Positions 57,167 through 64,000 of a stretch of DNA of 64,000 bases are shown here, one piece after another. The notes under the pieces were generated by a model. That model was given only the letters and a program-made list of their open reading frames with translations, did no database searches and was not told the DNA's origin. This DNA comes from Omnitrophica WOR_2 bacterium GWF2_43_52. Its GTDB lineage: Bacteria; Omnitrophota; Gorgyraeia; Gygaellales; UBA12090. The stretch spans positions 74,613 through 138,612 of the forward strand of contig MHGF01000022.1 in assembly GCA_001805445.1 (NCBI GenBank). Reading direction: 5' to 3'. Numbering within the stretch: position 1 is the first letter of the stretch; each line of letters opens with the position of its first letter. The position numbers and the translations under genes are program-made.

Positions 57167-58218
57167 TGCTTGCTGCCCAATGGCCCTGATTGAGATTTCA
57201 ATTCCTGGGCTATCTTCTGAAGCCGCGCCATCCGTTCCGGGCTTGAAGGATGGCTGCTAAAAAAATTGCGTGTCATGCTTTCCGGAATCTCAATGGCAAA
57301 ACGCTCCCATACGCTCACTCCGGCATCACTATCGAATCCTGCCGCAAAGGCATACTTCAAACCGAAATAATCTGCTTCACGTTCAAAATCCTGGGAAAAC
57401 CGGGCATTGAAAGCCGAAGAAACCGCGCGCGTTACCGCATCTGCCGAACCCGGAGAAACCTTATTCGCGCCAATGCCCGCGGCAATACCGGTAATCATTG
57501 AGATTAAACCAATGCCCGATTCTTTCACATGATGGCCCCTGGCAATATGCGCAAGCTCATGGCCTAAGACTACCGCGATTTCATCGTCGTTTTTCGCGAA
57601 GCGCATCAATCCGTACGTAACGACAATAAGGTTAGGGCTTGCTCCGGCATTTACTTCCTGCTCATCAACCATACGAAAGGAAACATCAAGCGGTTTAGCG
57701 CCTAAACGAAATACGCTCTTTTTCTCAGAACCTCCCCCTAGAAGCGAAAGCTCAACCTGTTGATTATCCGCCTTATGATTAAACACATAAGCAACATCCG
57801 GTAATCCATGTATCGGCAGCCCATCTATACTTTTAATCACATCCCCCGCGATAATCCCGCTTTGTTGCGCGGGGCTATGATCCACAACCCCTACAACAAC
57901 GACACCCCTGTCTTCTGTTATCTGGTAGAGCCTTTGTAGATGAGGATCAATTTCTGAAAGGAGTAATCCGGAAAAAACAAAACTGCCTTTTTTATCTTCA
58001 TCCGGCAGTTTCATAAGCAGGCGGTATCCGATATTATTTACTTTGGTCAAAGAGTCAATCTGGTATTTAACCGCCTTGACTTTTAACTCATCGCTGGCTG
58101 CTTGAATTTCTTCTTGAGAAACAGGAGGGCCTACCACCGCGCAGCCGCACAAGGCAATGGACAATAGACACAAAAGACTAAGCAGTGAAAAATATTTATT
58201 TCTTTTGAGAAATAGCAT
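57163..58218 (-). CDS. PDZ plus M48 metallopeptidase lipoprotein
   Basis: LCGC lipobox, SPA..SGI..GDVI, GHELAH, E.EAD, SHP. Confidence 0.9.
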   Translation of the reverse strand: MLFLKRNKYFSLLSLLCLLSIALCGCAVVGPPVSQEEIQAASDELKVKAVKYQIDSLTKVNNIGYRLLMKLPDEDKKGSFVFSGLLLSEIDPHLQRLYQITEDRGVVVVGVVDHSPAQQSGIIAGDVIKSIDGLPIHGLPDVAYVFNHKADNQQVELSLLGGGSEKKSVFRLGAKPLDVSFRMVDEQEVNAGASPNLIVVTYGLMRFAKNDDEIAVVLGHELAHIARGHHVKESGIGLISMITGIAAGIGANKVSPGSADAVTRAVSSAFNARFSQDFEREADYFGLKYAFAAGFDSDAGVSVWERFAIEIPESMTRNFFSSHPSSPERMARLQKIAQELKSQSGPLGSKQ

Positions 58219-58840
58219 TAATGCCTAAGCGCTTGAATTCCTGGCTTAGATGAATAGTATCTTTAAACTGGATTGAGCGAATGCCGTAACCGCTGGCTGC
58301 CTCAATTAAATCCTGCCGGTCATCAACATACACAATACTCCCCTTGCCTATTCCTGCCTTTTTGATTGCCAGTTCATAAATTTCCTTTGCGGGTTTAACA
58401 AACCCTGTCATAAACGACGCGATGATATTCTCAATTCCGAATAAATTTATTGCCGAAGGAAACGCGCTTACAATATATTCATAGTGCAGGCGATTGATAT
58501 TTGAAAGCATGATTAAACGGATATGTGACGGCAGCGAAGCTATCAATTCCTCCGTTTCTGGTTTGGCAAAGAATATCTCATTCCAGATGGGCAAAAACTC
58601 CTTATAGCTAAGGCGTAACCCGAGCAGTACTTTTATTTTTTTAAAAAATACCACGGGGCCCATCTTTCCTTCCTCAAAAGACCGGGTAAGCTTAGAGTCA
58701 AAGAATAAATCATAAATCTCCCGCACGGTCATGTCCGTATGCTTAACGATTTTTTTAACGGCGATACGATGGTCAAAGCCGATAAGGACGTTGCCTAAAT
58801 CAAAAATAATTGCTTTTATAGCAGTTTTTTTATTGTTCAC
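58196..58840 (-). CDS. HAD-superfamily phosphatase
   Basis: FDLGNVL, LSN, KP, YVDD. Confidence 0.92.
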   Translation of the reverse strand: MNNKKTAIKAIIFDLGNVLIGFDHRIAVKKIVKHTDMTVREIYDLFFDSKLTRSFEEGKMGPVVFFKKIKVLLGLRLSYKEFLPIWNEIFFAKPETEELIASLPSHIRLIMLSNINRLHYEYIVSAFPSAINLFGIENIIASFMTGFVKPAKEIYELAIKKAGIGKGSIVYVDDRQDLIEAASGYGIRSIQFKDTIHLSQEFKRLGINAISQKK

Positions 58841-59438
58841 GATATTCTTTAATAATAAACCCTGAGGTCGTCACATAAACGCCAAAGGTTTTATTCTCGC
58901 CAAAGGCGTACGCCCCGTTTCCATAGACCGCTTCAACGAAAGGGAAGAATTGCTGATACTTATGTAAAAAAAGCCAGAACCAATCCGTGCCTCCGTTAAC
59001 CGTATACATTGTCTGGCCGGCCTGCACCTGCTGCTGGGCATAAACAGAGCGCCCTGAAACACGAGTAATTTTATACAGTGTCTTAAGCCCCATGACATTC
59101 AGCGCGGGTTTCCATTTCAGGATATCTCCATCAACCATCCATTGATTGCCCTTTAACAAGTACGTTTCCTCGCCCTGGAGGCTGCCCTTTTTTGCTTGTC
59201 GCAGCGTTACTACCATATCGTAGAGCTGCCCATGTTTCTTTTCAACCTTAACCGTCGCAGCCAATTGCTCGCTGGTAAAGGCGGTATAGCTATTGAGGGT
59301 AAGGCAAAAAACAGTACTCCCTGCACTTAACCCAAGGAGTGCCACAGCCAATAGCTTTACCTTGATTTTCCGGGATACAACCAAGAGCGTTATTCCTAAA
59401 ACAAAAAGGAGGATAGCGATAATACTCAACGTAACCAT
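58830..59438 (-). CDS. Hypothetical membrane protein
   Basis: Two N-terminal TM segments, operonic position. Confidence 0.75.
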   Translation of the reverse strand: MVTLSIIAILLFVLGITLLVVSRKIKVKLLAVALLGLSAGSTVFCLTLNSYTAFTSEQLAATVKVEKKHGQLYDMVVTLRQAKKGSLQGEETYLLKGNQWMVDGDILKWKPALNVMGLKTLYKITRVSGRSVYAQQQVQAGQTMYTVNGGTDWFWLFLHKYQQFFPFVEAVYGNGAYAFGENKTFGVYVTTSGFIIKEYREQ

Positions 59439-59480
59439 TCTTAAAGATTATCTCCCTGCCGACGCCGAAGAAAACATTCG

Positions 59481-60479
59481 TTAATTATGCGTTCTTTCCT
59501 CTTTGTCTTTTGGTTTCTTAAAGAGGTCTAAAAACATGTCTTCGTATTCCTTATAGACATTCCATTGATCAAGTTCTTTTTTAAGTTCGGAGGCCTTGGC
59601 GATATTTTGTTTTACTTCCTGAAAGAGTTTTTCTATTTTTTCCATCGCGGATTTAGGCAGTTTCGTTTGAAGGCTGAGTGATTTTTTAATCTTCTCAATC
59701 TCTTCCTCTCCTATCGGGCCCGGAGCTCCATGCTGCGTTTCAGGATTTTGAATAAATTCAATCAGCTTTTCTATCTCCTGCTCCACCACCTTTGCTTGCT
59801 CAGCCAAAGCGCTTGTATCAACATTAATTTTCAGTATCTGCGTTAGCTTCGTAAGCAAAGAAAGCGAAGATTTTGGATTTTCTATCTGGATGGTAAAAAG
59901 AGGGATTTCACCTAAGAGGCATATCCCTTCAAATCCCGACTCCTTGGCAATACCCAGCAACAAACCATTAAGGCCGCTGACCTGGCCCGCGGCAAGCAGC
60001 TTAAGGCCAATCTTAAGGGCTTCTAATTCCTCAATTATTTTTTTGTGTGTTACCGAGAACCATACCTCAGGCGTTGTTGCATGATCTATTGCCTGCGGCA
60101 TTGCCGCGAAGGTAAGTATTCTTTTTACCCCCAATTCCTTGCCTAAGGACAAGATTCTCTTGCAATAATCATAGGCATGCTCTAAAAGCGGCTGGGCATC
60201 GCTAATAAAAAGAATGATATCGTTGGCGGCGTTCTTATTCTTATAAAAATAAAATTTTCCCGCCCCTGACTTCGGAAGCTGAATTATAGTATTCTGAATC
60301 CAGATACCGGTAGGGGGAAATAACTCCGGAGCCTCAAGGCTCGCGAATTCCTCCATCTTCAATTTATCCCTTAAGTAAACCCCAAGCTTAAAAGCAACCT
60401 CACCCATCCCGGGCCACACACATATCATAATGGTTTTTTTCAATCGCGGTTTTTTCGTTAGTGAAAGATATATTTTCAT
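59481..60479 (-). CDS. PAC2 family (proteasome assembly chaperone-like) protein
   Basis: WPGMG.VA, DAQP, GLNGLLLG, CLLGE, PKSS. Confidence 0.88.
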   Translation of the reverse strand: MKIYLSLTKKPRLKKTIMICVWPGMGEVAFKLGVYLRDKLKMEEFASLEAPELFPPTGIWIQNTIIQLPKSGAGKFYFYKNKNAANDIILFISDAQPLLEHAYDYCKRILSLGKELGVKRILTFAAMPQAIDHATTPEVWFSVTHKKIIEELEALKIGLKLLAAGQVSGLNGLLLGIAKESGFEGICLLGEIPLFTIQIENPKSSLSLLTKLTQILKINVDTSALAEQAKVVEQEIEKLIEFIQNPETQHGAPGPIGEEEIEKIKKSLSLQTKLPKSAMEKIEKLFQEVKQNIAKASELKKELDQWNVYKEYEDMFLDLFKKPKDKEERTHN

Positions 60480-60649
60480 TGTTCTACAATTCTCCTTTAA
60501 AGTGAAGATTCCCCGTGATAAATCACGGGGCTTCTTTTCTGTATGGTTCCGACGCTCTTCGGAGTAAAAATGTCCGTTAACGTAGATTTATCAGGATTGC
60601 CAGTGGCTCTTTGTCACCAGCGTTTCTTTGAGTATCGTTTCTGCCATGG

Positions 60650-60818
60650 TTAAACCCGAATCGTGCATTAGAAATGGATGAAGATAGCTAAGATCTTGGA
60701 GATAGAAGAGTTACAAAAATACGAAGCGTATTTAAAAATACGGTGAGTACTTTTGTAACTTCTTATAGCCCAAGAGATTAGCCATATTCGCCATTATCTA
60801 ATGCACAATTTGGGTTAA
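60650..60818. mobile_element. Long palindromic MITE/RPE-like element
   Basis: Ends taaacccgaatcgtgcattaga / tctaatgcacaatttgggttaa; imperfect self-complementarity throughout; central gaagcgtat..atacggtgag. Confidence 0.65.
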
Positions 60819-61939
60819 AGCCCCTTTCTTAAAAATTCCTCAAGCGCCTTTGCCCCAAGATAGAGATTATCCACACGCGCGTACTCATCGTTAGCGTGAG
60901 CGCATCCATACGAGCCGAATCCGGTGGCAACCGCGGGAATATTCTTTTCTTTAAAAAAGGTGATGACGGTTGCTCCTTCTGAACCTTTCAGCGCAGCACG
61001 CGGCTTGTAGGTGTGCCATGTTTTTAGCAACGCCTTTACCAAAGGCGACTGGCTATCAATTTCGTAGGGATTCTGTATGCCATCAATCTGCAATTTGAAG
61101 TTTTTTGCTCTTCTGGCTATAAGCTTTTTAAAAACGGCCAAAAGCTTCTGCGCGGACATTCCCGGCAAATACCGCACATCTACTTCAATGTCACACCAGT
61201 CTGCCACCATATTCACCTTATCTCCACCGTGAATAGTGCCTATATTCAGCGTTGGCGGATGTAAAAGAGGATGCCTTGTAAAACGAAAGGTTACCTTTCG
61301 TAAATCCTGAATAATATCATTAGCGATGGTAATCGCGTTGATTCCTCTCCAAGGATACGCGCCGTGGGCTTTTTTTCCAAATACCGAAATCTTGAAATGA
61401 AGCAACCCTTTCTGGACAACCACAATATCAAATTCATCCGCGTCTAAAATAAGCGCGTAATCGGCCCTTATAATATTCTTTTTAAGCAAAGGAATCAGCC
61501 CTAAATTCGAGCCTGCCTCTTCATCCGCGGTTGCCGCAAACAGAATAGTGTTATTGAGTAATGCTTTTTCTTCGCTTAAGCTCTGCAAAACCTCCATTGC
61601 GACGGCGAGATTACACTTACAATCCGTTACGCCCCGGCCGTAGATTTTACCATTTTTAATACGCCCTGCAAAAGGCGGGAATTTCCACCCTAACCCTACG
61701 GGCACAGTATCTAAGTGAGGGCTTATCAGGATTGTCTTGGCGGAAGAAGCGTGGGCTTTTATCAAAGCCACGACATTCGTCCGGTTTTGGGCAAATTCAT
61801 AGAGCTTGCTTGATACCCCAAAGCTCTTCAGATAGCCTCGAACAAATGCCGCAATCTCAGCCTCATTCCCCGGAGGATTTTCCGAATTAATCTGAACAAG
61901 TTTTTGAGTTAAGGCAAGTAATCTTTTTTTATGGATCAT
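60815..61939 (-). CDS. M20 family metallo-amidohydrolase (ArgE/DapE-like)
   Basis: HLDTVP, GRG.TDCK, ADEE, AHGA, AHANDE. Confidence 0.93.
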   Translation of the reverse strand: MIHKKRLLALTQKLVQINSENPPGNEAEIAAFVRGYLKSFGVSSKLYEFAQNRTNVVALIKAHASSAKTILISPHLDTVPVGLGWKFPPFAGRIKNGKIYGRGVTDCKCNLAVAMEVLQSLSEEKALLNNTILFAATADEEAGSNLGLIPLLKKNIIRADYALILDADEFDIVVVQKGLLHFKISVFGKKAHGAYPWRGINAITIANDIIQDLRKVTFRFTRHPLLHPPTLNIGTIHGGDKVNMVADWCDIEVDVRYLPGMSAQKLLAVFKKLIARRAKNFKLQIDGIQNPYEIDSQSPLVKALLKTWHTYKPRAALKGSEGATVITFFKEKNIPAVATGFGSYGCAHANDEYARVDNLYLGAKALEEFLRKGL

Positions 61940-62006
61940 TGTAATGTCCGCGCGTCAAGCAATTGCTGCTGGTACAACCGGCACGGGAAAAACTCGCGGC
62001 ATACCT

Positions 62007-62390
62007 TTACGAAAGCAATTTTTCTCTGACTTCTTGCGGAATTTTTATCGGCTGAATATCTTTACTGACGCAAACTAAAATTGTGCTTGCGGTAGCAATA
62101 GTCTGGGTGGTTTTTTTATTTTTTACTACATAATCAAAAACAAGGCTGGCCGAGGATATTTTTGCAATCCTTGTCTCTATAGTCAGTACATCCGCGTAAA
62201 ACGCGGGAGCTTTGTAGTCAATATCCTGATGCGCTACCACAAAAAAGAAGCCTTTAGAAATACATTCTTTGACATAAATATTCCTTGCCTCTAAGTATTC
62301 AGTGCGCGCGCGCTCGAAATACCGTAAATAATTAGCATAATACACCACTCCGCCGCAATCTGTATCTTCGTAATAAATACGGATATCCAT
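62007..62390 (-). CDS. YbgC family acyl-CoA thioesterase
   Basis: YYEDTDCGGVVYYANYLRYFERAR. Confidence 0.93.
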   Translation of the reverse strand: MDIRIYYEDTDCGGVVYYANYLRYFERARTEYLEARNIYVKECISKGFFFVVAHQDIDYKAPAFYADVLTIETRIAKISSASLVFDYVVKNKKTTQTIATASTILVCVSKDIQPIKIPQEVREKLLS

Positions 62391-62473
62391 ATATAAATAG
62401 TGTAATACAATCTACCGATATTGCAAGCAAAAGGGAAAGACAAAAAACGTTTCTTACGTTTCTCTTTTTCTCT

Positions 62474-62887
62474 TCAGGAATGTTCCCGTTCAGGAAAAAG
62501 AATTTTATCAATCGCTGCCAACAATTCTTTTTTATTTACCGGCTTTGCCAATACTCTATGGCTTCCGGCAACGCTGCCAGCTCCCTGTTTCTTCGTTAAC
62601 GCTTCTTCCTGCTTATTAATCATTCCCGTTAAGAAGATAATAGGGATGTGCTTTGTGGACTCGCCTTCCGAAAGGATTGTAGCAACCCCTGTACCGCTGA
62701 TATCCGGGATAAGAATATCAAGGATAATCAGATCAGGGGAAGATTTCCTGGCTGCCTCAATAGCTTCCTGGCCGCTTTCTGCGGTAACGACATCAAAATG
62801 GGCCCGCCGTAAAATATTCCCTAAATACACCAAGACGTCTTTCTCATCATCAACGAGCAATATTTTCTTGGGCTTGTTATTAAGCAT
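62474..62887 (-). CDS. Single-domain response regulator
   Basis: LVDDE, PDLIILD..IP, FLT, KP. Confidence 0.93.
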   Translation of the reverse strand: MLNNKPKKILLVDDEKDVLVYLGNILRRAHFDVVTAESGQEAIEAARKSSPDLIILDILIPDISGTGVATILSEGESTKHIPIIFLTGMINKQEEALTKKQGAGSVAGSHRVLAKPVNKKELLAAIDKILFPEREHS

Positions 62888-62939
62888 GTTTTTCTCCTCC
62901 TAAAACAATCTTTTTCACGCTTAACTATTAACCTCGTCC

Positions 62940-63596
62940 TCAGGCGTCTTTGGGAAACCCTATAGCTGCTATCACGACCTCACCCATATAGCGGCCTGCC
63001 TTTGGATTTTTAAATCCTGCTTTTAGATAGCCGAAGGCTAGCGTTTTTGCTGCCTTTATCGCGGCACCTAAGGGCTCTCCGCTATCCGCATCCAAACCAC
63101 TGGGGATATCTACTGCCAGTATCGGCACATCTTGAGCATTAATCTTCTCAAACAGCCTTAGATAAAAATCTTCCAAAACTCCTTTTATGCCAATGCCAAA
63201 GATAGCGTCAATAATTAAATCGGGTTGAACCAGAGTATCAAAAATTGTTTCTATATCTTCTAAAGTAGTAATAGTTTCTGGCATACGCGCTAACGCTCTA
63301 AGAGCCTGATAATTGGCTTGAGTATGCGCGCTCATCTGTTTAGGCTTTCCCACTAAAAAAACCTTAACCTGATAACCGCTTTTCAAAAGATATCTCGCTG
63401 TCACCAGGCCATCGCCGCCATTATTGCCATAGCCGGCAAAGACGACAATGCTTCCCTTGCCTGCCATAGAGAGTGCTTCTTCAGCAACTGCCTTACCGGC
63501 ATTCTCCATTAACGTAGCCACGGAAATCCCGTTTTTAACCGCGGCCTCTTCCATCTGCCGCATTTGCGCTACAGTAACGCGGGTTAAATCCTTCAT
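62940..63596 (-). CDS. nnrE: NAD(P)H-hydrate epimerase
   Basis: LMENAG, GNNGGDG, DAIFGIG, VDIPSG. Confidence 0.95.
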   Translation of the reverse strand: MKDLTRVTVAQMRQMEEAAVKNGISVATLMENAGKAVAEEALSMAGKGSIVVFAGYGNNGGDGLVTARYLLKSGYQVKVFLVGKPKQMSAHTQANYQALRALARMPETITTLEDIETIFDTLVQPDLIIDAIFGIGIKGVLEDFYLRLFEKINAQDVPILAVDIPSGLDADSGEPLGAAIKAAKTLAFGYLKAGFKNPKAGRYMGEVVIAAIGFPKDA

Positions 63597-63629
63597 CTTT
63601 AATCTTACACCTTGAGCGGCGTAAATGGC

Positions 63630-64000
63630 TTATTCTATCATCAAACCACTAAGCGGTTTTCGGCAGCCTTCGGCAATATCTTCATCAGAATACCCAAGAG
63701 CTATCACTGCCATAATCTCTAAATCCTCATCAAACTTTAAGTATTTCGCGAGCTTTTCTTTTTGGTTAATAATCTCTCCCATCCAGCAGGTTGCTATCCC
63801 CGTAGTATGGGCAGTAAGCAATATATTTTCAATACAGGCGCCTATTGCCATCAAATCTTTATCACGGTTGTAACTATCTGCGTTATCCATACACACGATT
63901 AAAACGACAGGGGCATTTCTTATAGTATCAGCGTATTCAGGTTTAGTAAATTTACCTAAGCCGTCTTTTTTGCCCTTTTCTTTAATAACGAGAAACCGCC
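63630..64000 (-). CDS. Nitroreductase family protein, truncated by the right edge
   Basis: Frame open to the edge: WRFLVI...NAPV...GACIENILL.AH..GIATCW...IALGY. Confidence 0.9.
   Translation of the reverse strand, partial: RFLVIKEKGKKDGLGKFTKPEYADTIRNAPVVLIVCMDNADSYNRDKDLMAIGACIENILLTAHTTGIATCWMGEIINQKEKLAKYLKFDEDLEIMAVIALGYSDEDIAEGCRKPLSGLMIE

Noticed and set aside
60588-60647. Short minus-strand ORF MAETILKETLVTKSHWQS upstream of the PAC2 gene
   Set aside because: Only 18 codons with no RBS or recognisable motif, so it cannot be supported.
62421-62903. 160-aa plus-strand ORF and the many other short antisense ORFs in the track
   Set aside because: They are shadows of well-supported genes on the opposite strand.

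Overview
Bacterial chromosomal window of moderate GC. Gene content and style suggest Candidatus Omnitrophota or another PVC-group anaerobe; this is inference and was not searched. From left to right it contains: (1) a minus-strand biosynthetic operon running off the left edge, with a true type II PKS KS-alpha/chain-length-factor pair, an acyl-CoA ligase, a B12 radical SAM enzyme and small Cys-rich proteins; (2) a small toxin-antitoxin pair; (3) two large paralogous secreted-type proteins (2146 and 1184 aa) that flank an 11-subunit nuo operon lacking nuoEFG and preceded by a Rex box; (4) an RND efflux operon; (5) mostly housekeeping genes (accA, comM/yifB, folE, mnmE, folC, purH, rex, nth, nnrE) plus a KamA and two-ATP-grasp cluster. 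The best candidate for an undescribed system is the pair of large proteins. They share N- and C-terminal domains, while their middles are unrelated AT-rich enzyme-like modules joined by Ser-Ser-Ala-Val linkers encoded by a conserved GC-rich quasi-palindrome. Their leaders carry the same hairpin with its core in opposite orientations. A second pervasive signal is 7-8 bp tandem repeats and double hairpins inserted in frame into protein loops and scattered between genes. No rRNA, tRNA, CRISPR array, transposase or integrase was seen.
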